NCBI GenBank assembly: GCA_030167865.1
Contig: JALAGF010001066.1
Location: 1-44,133 of the forward strand
Length of the DNA: 44,133 nt
Direction: 5' to 3'
Origin: Craspedostauros australis
Lineage: Eukaryota
The position numbers and the translations under genes were made by a program. The notes beneath the pieces are model-generated. The model made no database searches. It was given only the letters and a program-made list of their open reading frames with translations, and was not told the DNA's origin. This document shows, in pieces, positions 1 to 12,249 of this stretch (its first letter is position 1; each line of letters begins with the position of its first letter).

Positions 1-3000
1 AATTCCAGTTGCATCGCATACAGGAGCCACCCATGGACGAAACACTGTTGCAGTGGTGATGTTGGTGTACCTGTTGTTGTTGTTGTTATTGTTGTGGTTG
101 TGGTTGTGATTGTGATTGTAACAGGAACGAAGTGCTCTGTGGAGCAATGATCTCTGTGGAGAGTGTTGGGGTTGTGAGTTTTGTGTGCTCTGCGCTGGCC
201 CAAGACAGCAGCCTTGTTTTGCGCGGACCGGAGACGAAAACACGCTCAGCAAACACCGACACAGTGTAAAGTGGGGAAATGGAGCAATGACGAAGAGCGA
301 AAGCAACTCGGGCGAATTTTGGGGGGAAAGCACCAATTATCCAAAAAAGAACAAAAATGCCATATTATTCCGTCGAGGATAAGAACTAGGCGGAAACAAG
401 CGATTTATGACTTAAACGCTATGAAATAGAGCCAATTATTGCATTTTGAACTGCCCCCCTAGTCGATTAGTGACACAAGGTCTCAAAATCACTTCGCCAA
501 TAAATGTCAATGACCGCATCATGTGCGCAAGCAAGAACGCATCGATTGTCCGCAGTTCTCGTTCAGACAGATTATCCCAAGGTGGCCAACCAACATCGTC
601 CGCTTCTACTTCCTCGCCACGCGGTTCCTGGGATGTTGGCACGACCAAAGGATGGTGACCTTGTGTTGGCACGCGGCGGCGCCACGCAGTAGATCATGCA
701 GGAGTGTGGAGGGCATGTGATACACGATCATACTCGTCCGTATGGGGATCCGTAGAATGCGGCGGAATTGGACACGTGGGGCGACGGCTGGCCACCAGTA
801 GTCGGGCATGGGTGTATTGGTACCAAAGAGGCTGTGTGAGTGGAGAGCAAGAACTGCTGAGGATTACGACCTCCTCCACTCCAAGATGTCGTTCACAAAA
901 TCGCGCCTCCGCATCCAGCGGGACCCTGTGGCGTCTTGGATCGAACACGAGTTCCCTATCAGGACGAATAAGAACGACTATAGCTCATGTGGTCTTGTGT
1001 GGTCGTGTCGCCGCGTATTCAATCGCAAGACAAAGAACGCGTTAAACCCTTTGGTTGCTGCGAGGTAGCTCAACTCCTAACCTGCTTGGATGACTGGCAT
1101 CATCCTGTGTTGGTAGCGACGATGGATACAGTACTCTCTCGCCTTCGTTGTTCATTGCAACCACCGTCGCAAAAGCACGTTTCGCGAGTGATCATTCCAG
1201 GAATCAACATGTTCGCCAAGGCCTCGTCTTCGGATTTGCGGGCACAGCGTTTACCAATCACTGTTCGCGTGGTTCGATCTAGATTTACTCCACCTGGAGC
1301 ACACGCATGAAGGAGATGCCTCCGATGCACCAGCCAGCACCAGGCGATTCCTTCCTCCTGCTCGACATGGATGCTCTGTCTGCGAAATGTCAGAGTTGGG
1401 GACTATCGTTCTTCGACTTTCTGCTGCGGAACCTTTGTGCACTGCAACGCAGGAACCTTCTCGCAATAGTTTTACCGGTCACATCCTCGCCATCCATTTC
1501 CTGTGATGTCGATGCGTGGTTGTCTTCGTGGCTTTGGCCAGCTTACCTCATACGGGCTAGTCGTACCCTCTTCGGTACGGTACTTTGAAGTTCCTCTCAC
1601 GCGATGTTCAGAAACCATACACTATTATACATCAGCCATCCTCGGCATTCATTCGAAGTCTTGCACGAGTGCGAATACATCCATGGAACTAAGATCAGCT
1701 TCTACCTTCACTCTAGCTCGTATGTGTTCATCTCGCATCCTGCGCATTGGTTGGCCACTGAGATGGAGCCCATGCATGACCCAATCGGTGGTGAGCCAAC
1801 CGCCAGCATCATCTCGTCGGGCTTGTCATTTGCTATGTGCTTGCAACGACCTCTTCGTCTGTAAATGTTGCCCCTGCACATCCTTCTACCCATGTCCCCA
1901 TGCTCAGAAGGGGTCACTGATTAGCTTCGCTTTGAAGAAGACGGGGAAGAAGGAAGGAAGCGGCGCTGGGTCACAGCCGTGCACTTGCATTGAGTACTTA
2001 TGCTTTGCCTAGCAATGCTGGTCTCTGTGCTTGCAGCAACTTGGATGCATGCTCAGCAAGCCGACCATGGTGGCGATGACGATGACGGTGTTGACGTTGG
2101 TATTCTCTTGATGATGACGATGGAAATCATCGTGCGATTGCATCAAAACAGCGGCGAAGATCCATGCTTCAATCACCAACGGGATCGCTTTCTGCTCTTC
2201 CAAAGGAAACTCTTGTCGCCCTTCTCTGGCATCTTGCTTCAGACATCGCCATTTGGACCGTTGCGTTGTGTCTGCTGAATTTTAAACTGAGCAACAGCGC
2301 CGTGCAGTTCCTCAGAACAGAGTCGGTCCGTCGATGAAGCTGCCATGTCCGATCATCTTGCGAATCTCTCTCCCTGGCAATGCGTACTGGTAGTCGTATG
2401 TACGTATGTCAGCGCTTGGCCCTTCATCACGAACTGATCGGAATGGATGGTGGAACGTGGGATTGAATTGATCGAGAGTCCATGAACTTGATACGGTTGC
2501 TTCTGTTGAATCCTCGTCAGATTCATTGCATGTGCCCCTGTTTTGGAACTGTAGTGTGATGTTGCGGAGTTGTGAAGTTGTGGAACTGTGGTGTTGACCG
2601 TGCTCTTCTCATTCGTCTCCTTTTGTGTTTCTGAAAATGTGAGAAGGGTGCGCCTTGCTGCCGATTTTCAAACGTGGATGCGCCGGCCGGGTTTCACTCG
2701 TGTACTTTGCACGCAACTCACATTTTCCAAGCACGAGACGAAGAAATGTGAACTCGGGCCTGCATGAAGAGGTGCACCAAGTCAAGTTCAACCACACGAA
2801 GTTGAAAATTTGGTTCCATCGTACGTTAGACGATGGTCGAAAGACAGAAGGGGTGCACGACCACACCATAACGCAACGCGTTGCCAACAAACAACGACGG
2901 CTGCGGAAACCTGCGCCAATCCCACCCTCCTCTCAGCTAGTCGATCAATCAGTCAGTCAGACAGGCATTGGAGATTGATCAATCAATCGTTCAAGAGACA

Positions 3001-3332
3001 TCACCAATTTCGGGAGGAAATCCACGATCACTCCGTCATCCCACTGTGAACTCAACCAGCGTTGTAGTTGGCTTGGACAAAGCGCGCAAGAGCGCTCATA
3101 CCAGACGACACTGGCTGATTCGTTCGTAGTTCGAAGTTGGAAGTTGTGGCAGAGTAGCAGCACTTCCATGCCACAAAGCACGACAAGTTGACAGACAATC
3201 AGAAGACCCCCTCCCCTTCTCTGCCTTGCGACCGCGCATACTTCTGGTGAAAGCAAACAACTTCAGGTTCCAACACAAACGCAAGCACGTTCGCATCTAC
3301 ATCCACATCAGCAAGGTCCGGTCATCTGCACC

Positions 3333-6300
3333 ATGGACCCTCGCCAAGGCAACCGAAGAAGCTCGATGGTATCTCCTGGAAGGTCTCAGCGACGATCATC
3401 GTCGCAGGAGATGAGGATCGGGGTGAGCCAAGAGCCTCAACCACCGCCGATGGACGCTGCGCAAAGACGCAGGCTGCAGCAAATTCAGAGGCAGCAGATG
3501 CTGCAATCACGCCAGCCTCGAAGTGTGATGATCCAGCATGGCACGTCCGCGCGGCCAGCACAGTCCAATCAGCGCAACGCTCCGCAGCGACCCACTTCAG
3601 CTCGGAATGTGAACGGCAACGCAAATAGCAACCAACGCTCACAAGCACGAGCGGGAAGTGCCCCACGTTCAGAACGATCTCTGAGATCACAGCATCAGCT
3701 CCCTGCGGTTGGTGCCAACAACCCTGCCAAGGCACGTCCCATGCAACGGCAAGTGCAGCAGAATCCACCGATGAATGAGGTCGATAGGGAGATCGCGATG
3801 AGGATGGAACACCATCGGCAGATGATCCTCGCCAACAGCGCCCCGTCGAAGAATCAGACCACAGCTGCGACCAGCGCAAGAAGCAATTCTCAGCGCCGCC
3901 AGGTCCAGCAGGGTAAGAGCAGTCGCAAACAACCAGCCCCGACGCAAGACTCTGTGCGCAGCCGCAGCCGCAATCGCAGCACCAGTCGCAACCGCGGAAG
4001 CTTCATCCGCTCGGTGTCTGCGACGCGTTCGCGCAGCATGTCGAGAGAAGGGCGCACGAGCAAGAAGCAATTGTCCGATGCCGCGCGCGAAGCATTGGGC
4101 ACGGCGCCTCCGGATGCCACCGAGGAGGCGGCCAAGATAGATGCGGATGAGAAGAGGGAGCACATGAAACTGGCGCAACAGCGGCAACGAGAGCTGCAGG
4201 ATTTGCACAAGCGCATGGAGCAGCAGAAGCAACTTCACATCCAGCAACGGCGCGAGGCCATCGCCAAAGGAAAAGCTGCCGCTGCAGCGGAAGCAGCCAC
4301 AGCCACTGTGCCACGGAAGGCGGCATCGAACACGAACAACTCCAAGGGCAGCGCCAGATCCATCTTTCCCTCCATGCAGCGTCCAAAGAACAACGAAGGT
4401 AAGCCAAACAATCAGAACCAGCAGGTACAACAGGCGAAACCAAGACCGGCGCCGCTGACCCCTGCGAGACGGGAGCAGCTCAAGAAGCAGCTGCAAGAGC
4501 ATGCGGTGCAGCGCACGGAAGAGGTGAGACAGGGCAAGAACCCAACCAAGATCCGACAGAAGATCAGCGAAGCTGCGACTCCGAGTGCACAGCATCGGGC
4601 ACCTCCTGCAAAGCGTGCACCGAAGGGAGCAGGAGCAGCAACATCCAATCGATCGCAGCCGGCGAAGAAAGCCAAGACTAAGAATTCAACGCGATCGGAT
4701 CATCATGACATCGAACACGCCAGCCAAACTCCGAGCAAGCATCAGCAGGGTCCCATCACCGATGAAGAACCGACGGCAAGCAACAGAAACAAGAGTGCAG
4801 CGCCCAAGAGAGGTGATCGTTCCAAGCTGTACTGGACGTTCTTGCTGCTCGGCCTGGTCCTTGCGCTCACCGGAGCAGCAATGTCCTATGTCCGTTACCG
4901 CATGCGCAATAATAGTGGCAGCGCCGCGGCGACACAAAATGAAGGCAGCGGCGGTCAGAATCCAAGTACTGATGGTTCGCCAACCAGCTCACCCAATCTT
5001 GCCCCGTCGGTCGATGGCGGAAAAGATGATGAGGACGAAGATGAAGATGACAAGAAGACGCCCAACAATGAATGGCAGGAGCGCATGGAGGGCATGATCC
5101 GCCGTGCCACCACGGATGAGACTGTCTTTGATGCAAAAGACTCGCCACAAGCAAAAGCGCTCCACTGGATGCTCCAGGTCGATCCGTTGGATTACAATAT
5201 CGTCAACGCACGTGTGTTGCAACGATACGCCCTGGCTGCGTTCTACTTCAGTACCGGTGGAGAGGATTCGTGGCAAGACAATGACTGGATGGAATCTGAT
5301 GAATGCGACGGATCTGCATGGTTCGGCACGAGCTGCAACGAAGATAGGCAAGTGCGGGCAATCGCCTTCGGTAAGTCAAGTTGTTTGCACACATGGTGGT
5401 ACTGCTTTGCCTTCAACGATGCCCACTACGTGTATCTTGTATGCCGAGAATAAAACTGGTGGCACGATGCGTGCTGGCATGTCATAACACGACATGCTAC
5501 ATCGTGCAACGTCGCATGACATGTGACATCAAATTTCATGTCACTCCATTCACCCCTCACCTGGTCTTTGTTTCTAACTCCAATTCCACCTGATTGTGCA
5601 TAACAACAGATAATCATGGCCTTGTTGGTTCCATCCCCGAGGAGATCGGTCTTCTCAGCATGCTGGAGAACCTCATCATCAAGAACAATCTTCAACTCGT
5701 CGGCCCCATCCCATTGTCGCTGGGAAAGCTCGCGGCGCTGCGACAGCTCGGTTTGTACAGCAACCGGCTAACAGGGTCCCTCCCACCCGAACTCAGCGAG
5801 GCGTACAACCTCAAATACCTCAACCTCGAAGACAACCGTCTCGGTGGCACCATTCCAACAGAATACGAACGCTTCTTCAGCTTGCGGATGCTCTCGTTGT
5901 CCAATAACTTCTTACGTGGCGACATTCCGTTCCATGAATTGGCACGAACGGACGTCGAGCATTTGAGCTTGAGCAACAACAAGCTGACGGGCACGATGGA
6001 TGGCAGCATCCAGCACTTCGTGTACTTGAAGGATTTGATGCTGGACAAGAACGAATTGAAAGGAGCGATTCCAAGCGAGATTGGACTGCTGACAACGTTG
6101 AGTAAGTGCTACAAACTGTCTCAGAGCATGCCTGTCTGTGTTGTTTGGTGACTGCATGATTCAATGCATGTGAGCCGAGAGCAATAGGAAGGAAACAATT
6201 ACTCACATTCGCACTCGCACTCACACTCGCCAATACTGTTGCCATCGCGTCTTCCGTATCCGACGAAAATCCGTATCATTCACCCCACTCCGTTCCAAAC

Positions 6301-7263
6301 ACATTCAATAGCCAACTTGGACTTGTCGCACAACAATTTTGATGGGCTCCTCCCGCCGCAGATTGGAAAGCTCCGGTTCTTGAAGTCGCTGGCATTGAGC
6401 AACAACGAGCTGTCCGGCGATCTTCCTCAGAACGTCGGTTTGCTGGTCTATCTTCAGTATCTGAACATGTCTGCCAACAAGTTCTCTGGACGGGTTCCCA
6501 ACATTTCCAACCTCGCGCAGCTCAAGTACCTTCACTTGTCGGATAATGACCTCACAGGCCCCTTCCCAGAAGCTATCCAACAGTTGTTGAATGTTGGTAA
6601 GTTGCTAAATGACGAGGATGCTTGAATATGGTCGTGTTGCGATATGCAAGCTTGGATGCTATTATTATGATGACCACGGTCGCTGGCTGTGTGCGGGATT
6701 TTGCTTCGCCAAAGTGACAGCTGATTTCGTTTCCAAGATACTGACTGATACATCCATCTTTGTTGCAATGTCCCATACTCTACAATTCTTTCACGAATGC
6801 ACGCGCAGAGGTGATTTACCTGAGCGGCAACAAGCTCAGTGGCAGCATCCCAGCCACCATTGATCGTCTGAGCAACTCCGTGCGTGGGCTCTACTTGTCC
6901 GATAACAACTTCGGCGGTCCCATCCCGTTTGCATTCTGCGATTTCTTCGACCTCGAGGCGCTCTTCTTGGACAGCAACCGGCTGGATGGAAGGATCCCTG
7001 CATGCTTGGGCGAGCTGACGCGCCTGCGACAGCTGTACGTCTTCCGCAACCGGCTGATGGGTGAGATTCCGAGCACGTTGTCCAAGCTGAGCCGCTTGAC
7101 AGGGCTTGGACTTGAGGCGAACAACTTTGATGGCAAGGTGCCCGATGAAATCTGCGTGCGCGATGTGGAGCTGTGGGCCGACTGCAACACCCAACCGGAT
7201 GGCGGTGCTGCCGTGACATGTGCCTGTTGTGACGTGTGCTGTCCTGGCAGCGATTGCATTTAG
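3333..7263 (+). CDS. Membrane-anchored leucine-rich-repeat protein, diatom type, about 1089 aa, 4 exons
   Basis: Exons 3333-5370, 5610-6101, 6312-6596 and 6809-7263. All three introns start GTAAGT, end (C/T)AG and are phase 1; splicing joins the ORFs at 3333, 5594, 6239 and 6760 in frame. The protein has a Q/R/S-rich disordered N-terminus, one TM helix (LYWTFLLLGLVLALTGAAMSYV), an SPQAKALHWM...LQRYALAAFYFSTGG..W cap, many plant-type LRRs (LxxLxLxxNxLxGxIP) and a C-terminal CACCDVCC cap. Confidence 0.92.
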
Positions 7264-8075
7264 CCCGAAGAAACAAACAATCGCAGACACACAGACACAC
7301 GCATAGAGTAAGAGAGAGAGAGAGACCGGATCGGCTGTTTGGAGTTCTTCGACAGCAGTTGAACAGCACAACTCAAATGAGACAAGCAACCGCAACGTGC
7401 GCGGGTGCATACACCTTTCCATAACAAGGAAAAGAAAACAAAAACGAGGAGAAGCTTCCTCTCCACGAGGAGAGATCACATCGTGTACAGTAAAGTAGTT
7501 TCAGACCATACCTATTCATACAAGTTGATAGAGTAGTTGGATGCTGCGCTGCGCTGTGCTGCGATGGGATGGGATCATCTCCTTCCTGCATCTTGATCTG
7601 TTCTTGGAATGAGTGTCCGTACTCTACGTCGTCATTGAAGGCGTTCTTGTGCATCTTTATTGCTGTGCGTTGCGAACCACCGCAGCATGCTTTGGATTGC
7701 GTGAATGGATCGTGGAGAGCATGATGTTTCGAAGGAAGTAGAATTGGGTGCTACTCTATCCCTGAGAGTCTTGCCCGAAAGCTTGTTGTTCTTACTGTGA
7801 GTTAATGTTCGGTTCGCGGTGGGTGTCAAGTCGGGTGGTTGTTGGGTCGGAGGCAATGAGATACAAGAAAAGAAGCAATGAGTGAGCCATGTTGTGCTGT
7901 CATGCGTGTATGTGCGCATCACGTCGCTTGGTGTGTAGGTGCGGAACTTACATCAATGTATGACTATCATGAAGTTGCAGATGGTGAGGGGTACAATTGA
8001 GCGTCGGTTATGAATGCGTGTGACGCACGGTGTTATGGATCGAAGCAATGGAACATGGTTTTATGCAGGTATGAG

Positions 8076-8478
8076 TTAGAAGGAAAGTCCAATGATGAAC
8101 TGAGAAGTAGGGCGTTAGATGGGGCTTGGGTTGACGTGATCGAGCCAACCATGACAAGAGACAACACAGACGGGCAGAGCATAGAGCAGAGTGGGAGATT
8201 CGCCTGTGTCCCAAGATTACATCCGCAGAGCACACCACACGGCACGCGTCATTCATTCAGTGCATTTGAATACGTACATCCTCCCATTCCTTGATCCATC
8301 TCATATCCTCCTCGTAGCGCACGTCTTCTTGGGACTTGTTCGTCGCTGGCGCCGTGGCAAGCGTACGCGGTCCGTCTCCGAGCGTCGACGTTCTTGCCAC
8401 CTTGTCGATGATCTTTCCCAGGTCGATGGTCGTCGGCCTCGAGAAGTACGCTTGCGAAAAGTTGCCCCAGCCTGTCAT
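8076..8478 (-). CDS. Small hypothetical protein (about 74 aa), micro-protein A
   Basis: The ATG at 8478 follows a CAA-rich leader (..ttccaaaATG). Predicted phase-0 intron 8277-8100 (GTACGT donor, CTAAC branch point, TTCTCAG acceptor). Spliced product: MTGWGNFSQAYFSR...LGDGPRTLATAPATNKSQEDVRYEEDMRWIKEWED|FIIGLSF*. Unspliced, it would stop at 8257. Confidence 0.55.
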
Positions 8479-9345
8479 TTTGGAAATCGTGTGGAGTAGA
8501 GTTTGGTTGCTGTTGTTGGTCGAGTTGGTTGCGTTGGTTGCTGCTGCTGATTATGAGAGCCCTGTTTCTGATTCCTCGAACTGGTGGCTGGTGGGTGTGG
8601 TGGCTGACCTGGTACGAGTTGCAGCGCAGGTACATGGTAGATGATGGCTGGCGAGTACGGTGGTTGGTGGGTGTGATGGGCGCCGCATCTTGTGCTGGTT
8701 GATGCCGGGGCACGTGGATCCCAGAATTTGGATTCGATTCCGCCGTGGTTGCCCAGTTCTCGTTCTCATTCCTTGACACCGGTCATCTTTTTCTTCGCGT
8801 TCTCATTTTTGGGAGAAACCGAACGCTAGAGGTCGATCGAGTCCAACAGGTAATCGTGACTCATACACAAGGGACTGGGTTGTTGCGACAGCAGGGTTCT
8901 CGTTGTGTGACATCATCAAGCATGCAAGAAGGTGACGACATCTTTCTTGGTTCGTTGCAGGCGCGCACACAGCCACGACGAGATTGTACTGGCGTGTTTG
9001 GTGCCTGAGCCACGAAGAGAAGAATGGAATTCTCTCGGAAGGCGTGACGATGTGTTGAAAGGAGAACGCTGGAGATTCCACAGAAGCGTGTTGACAGAGC
9101 GCCAGCGCACAACTCTGCGTTGAGAAAGATTGATGTCGTTGTTCCGCGGAGCGCTTTTGGTGATTCGCCTGCACGAAACGCTGGCTGCATTTGCGAGGCA
9201 GGATGTCACGTTCTTCCCAAGAGAAGGACCAACCCAATCTTCCACACATGAGCCCTGCACATCAACCAGCTCGCTGAGATCAGGCGAGGGAGATCAACGA
9301 GAAGACTGCCTTCTCGACCCACCACTGCCCGCATAATCTCAACAT

Positions 9346-9387
9346 CCATCGACACCCATCGACACCCATCGACAACCATCGACAACC
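9346..9387. repeat. 10-bp tandem repeat (CCATCGACA[C/A]) x4 upstream of micro-protein B
   Basis: Directly visible in the sequence. Confidence 0.8.
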
Positions 9388-9513
9388 ACCGCAAGCAGAG
9401 CAAAGGAAAGCAGAGACAGCACATCACAGAACAAATAGCACATCACCCCATCAATCAGCGGCAACAGCAACAGCAAGTAATAGCAATAGCAAGCAGAAAA
9501 CAGACAATCCAAG

Positions 9514-9795
9514 ATGACAATCGGAGCCCTCTTTTCGAAATCCTTTCACAGAACAATTCCGCGAGGCGATCCACCAATGGCCGGAGCGGGTGGAGACAGC
9601 ACGGCAGGTGTCCCCACAGAGGTCGGAGATGGCCCCAGATCCTTCTCTGCGGCCGTGTTGTTACCACCACCAGCATTCTCCGCCACAAGTCCAGCCCACA
9701 CACCGTCATTTCCAACCGCAGTATCACCCGCGACGGACAAGGAGACGAAACGAATTGAAGATACGCGTCGGATGATGTATCTTCATCCGTGGTAG
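9514..9795 (+). CDS. Small hypothetical protein (93 aa), micro-protein B
   Basis: The ATG follows a long CAG/CAA-rich leader. Shares MTxGxxFS..R, GDGPR and PAT(D/N)K with the divergent ORF at 8478 and ends MYLHPW*. Confidence 0.55.
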   Translation: MTIGALFSKSFHRTIPRGDPPMAGAGGDSTAGVPTEVGDGPRSFSAAVLLPPPAFSATSPAHTPSFPTAVSPATDKETKRIEDTRRMMYLHPW

Positions 9796-9956
9796 CGATC
9801 TGTTCCCACAGATTTCTCTCTCTCTCGCTCCTGTTGCGAAGAGCATTTCTCTACTTTTTGAGTACGACACTCCATACCAAACACTACATCCAAACACTCC
9901 ATCCAAACACAACCAGCCATCACAAAGCAAGCCAGGCACCGGCCTCTCGATTCAAC

Positions 9957-10049
9957 ATGAACTCATTCACTCGGACAACACCGAACCATACACGCGAACC
10001 AGGTACAAAGCGGAGCAAGAGGCAAATCGAAATGCATCCCTGGTCTTGA
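9957..10049 (+). CDS. Putative 30-aa micro-peptide C
   Basis: The ATG at 9957 (ttcaacATG) follows a CA-rich leader at 9870-9950. MNSFTRTTPNHTREPGTKRSKRQIEMHPWS* has the same terminal HPW as the upstream ORF. Confidence 0.3.
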   Translation: MNSFTRTTPNHTREPGTKRSKRQIEMHPWS

Positions 10050-10139
10050 TGCACGAGAATTCATTGATCAGCTGAACTCTCGCAGAACAGTACGCGTACA
10101 TGCCATATCATAATAATCAAGAAACAAACACAGCCATCG

Positions 10140-11738
10140 TCATTGAATCTTTTGCTTCTTGTTCTTCCTGGGAGTTTGTTCCTCCTCCTGTTCTTTCTGT
10201 TCCTCTTTGCGTTCTGCAATACTCCATTCTGCCTTCAGATTGCAAACGAACGGATGGTCCTCGCCGACGCAACCGCGCGATGTTTCGATCGCCGACTGCA
10301 ACTGCTCCTTGCACTTATCCAGATCGCCAACGCAATAGTAGTCATAAGCACAGGCTTGATGTTGCGTCGCCACCGTCATGGGATCCACCAGCTCGACGCG
10401 ATCCAAGAACAGCAAGTGATGCTGTACGGCGTCTTCGTGTTTGTGTTGCAGACTATCAATCATGGCCAACAGGCGATGCAGCTCCAAAGCTACCTCGTGG
10501 TGATGCGAAATGCCTTGATTGCTGACGCCGCGTTGCAGCATCTGCATCATGCCGCGGGCTTGGTGCAAGATGTCGTCATCCATAGTGATGGTGTTGGACG
10601 AGTCTACCGCCTTGATACGCAACGACATGGCCCACGGTTGCAACCTGCTAGACCATTCGTGTTGTATGGCGCGCAAGGTATGGATATCGTGACCGGCTGG
10701 CAGTTGCAGTTTGCAATCCTTGTTGCACACAATGCAGTTGCATTGGAAACCGTATCCATCCTGCAGCAGCTGTTGTCGTTCCGAACGATCCATGCCGGAC
10801 ATGGGAATATAGCTGACCGTGATGAGTACGTCCGTCCCGTCAATAGCTTCCATCAAATGCACACGCGCACGCATCCAACCATCGCCATCGCCGACGACGC
10901 ACGAGAGAAAGGCGTTGGGTTGACAGGCATGATTGTAGAAGGAATGTTCCAAGAAGATGGCCTTGCCCAGCATCTGATCGCCCAGCGGCCTCGTGAAGTC
11001 CACGACGGCGTGGCCGCAGCCGATGATGCGACCCAACGCAGCACCGAAGTTGTTCATGGATAGCCAAGAATAGTCCGGTTTGGGATCCTGCGATGCAGTC
11101 TGATTGTCATCACTCTGAACCGATGACTGTAGCAACCGCTGCGTGGATTGCAGCAGCAATTGAATGGCCGGATCCGAGCCGACATCGGCCGCATACAGGG
11201 CATCGAAGAGTTCCCAATTCAATGATTCTTGTTGTTGTTGTGCATGCTGTCGTGACTCCTTGTACCGCCGAAATAACAATCGCACCGCCAACAGGAGGGT
11301 GGTGTCAATCTCAGCATCGTCCGTCGACGTCAGCTGCCCCATCGCCTGCCGCATGCATCGCAGCACGTCGCATTCGCTGATAGCATCGCCATACTTCGTT
11401 GAATGATACAACTCGCAATCACCGCAGACGGAGACGCACTCGCACCGCGTGCAGAATGTTGCATCGCGCCCGCAGCAGATCGCACAGTGCGTCCTTCGAT
11501 GTGCGGGATCCAAGGCAATCGCGGCGGCACGGCATTGCAGCACATCGAATCCATCGGAAATGGCCGCAACGCCTGCGTTGGGTTGATGGATTGCCGTCAA
11601 TTGATTGTTGGATGCTTTGCGTAAGGCATCTTGGATGCAACGCAGGCGTTTGTCTTGTTGTGAAAGCGTTGGTTTGGATCTGTGGTGTTGTGTGGGCGCG
11701 ACATCAGTCGATTTGAGGTTTGGATCTTCGTCTGCCAT
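10140..11738 (-). CDS. SET/MYND (SMYD-like) lysine methyltransferase, about 532 aa
   Basis: Cys-rich MYND-like segment (CAICC..CTRCECVSVCGDC), SET motif SFYNHACQPNA, ITVSYIP, post-SET YGFQCNCIVC and a TPR-like tail (..CVGEDHP). The ORF opens at 11810; the start is placed at MADED (11738) after the CA-rich leader. Confidence 0.85.
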   Translation of the reverse strand: MADEDPNLKSTDVAPTQHHRSKPTLSQQDKRLRCIQDALRKASNNQLTAIHQPNAGVAAISDGFDVLQCRAAAIALDPAHRRTHCAICCGRDATFCTRCECVSVCGDCELYHSTKYGDAISECDVLRCMRQAMGQLTSTDDAEIDTTLLLAVRLLFRRYKESRQHAQQQQESLNWELFDALYAADVGSDPAIQLLLQSTQRLLQSSVQSDDNQTASQDPKPDYSWLSMNNFGAALGRIIGCGHAVVDFTRPLGDQMLGKAIFLEHSFYNHACQPNAFLSCVVGDGDGWMRARVHLMEAIDGTDVLITVSYIPMSGMDRSERQQLLQDGYGFQCNCIVCNKDCKLQLPAGHDIHTLRAIQHEWSSRLQPWAMSLRIKAVDSSNTITMDDDILHQARGMMQMLQRGVSNQGISHHHEVALELHRLLAMIDSLQHKHEDAVQHHLLFLDRVELVDPMTVATQHQACAYDYYCVGDLDKCKEQLQSAIETSRGCVGEDHPFVCNLKAEWSIAERKEEQKEQEEEQTPRKNKKQKIQ

Positions 11739-12249
11739 GATTGTGGATTTGTGGTGGTTGTTGGTCGCAAGGTGCGTGCGTACGCTTGCGATCATGAGGA
11801 GGTCGCACAAGGATGGAAACGTGATGTTGATGTTTCATTCGTTGAAGTCAAAAGGCGATCCTCGCCAAACTTCAAGAAGTTGGGGATACGAGATTCCGTC
11901 CGTTTGTGGGGAAACGGCTCGAAAAAGATCGGCACATCACATCACATCAATCCACGCTGCCATCATCATGGAGCTGTCCTGTTCTCCACAGCTGTTGATT
12001 CGCTTTGTTTCGTGAGAAAGTCTAATACTAATACTGGCGCGATGGCAACAAACGAGTGCAAGAGAGCATTATATTATATAATATGTTATATATTAGCAAT
12101 GGAGTGGAGTATTAGTAAGACGTTACTCCATTGAATCCACTCTCTAGTGTGCACAATAGCACTGATGAACCATGATCTATGCACCCTACTGTACTCCCAT
12201 ACGAAAGCACCCAGAGTAACGATACTCCATACTAGATTGAGCACTCGCA

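Noticed and set aside
1-200. GT-rich (minus-strand CA-rich) tract suggesting a gene leaving the left edge
   Set aside because: Too little sequence to define a start, frame or product.
430-2560. Many 60-170 aa ORFs on both strands, possibly a decayed gene or transposon
   Set aside because: No recognisable motif, no consistent frame or codon bias, and no terminal repeats. It cannot be called without BLASTx.
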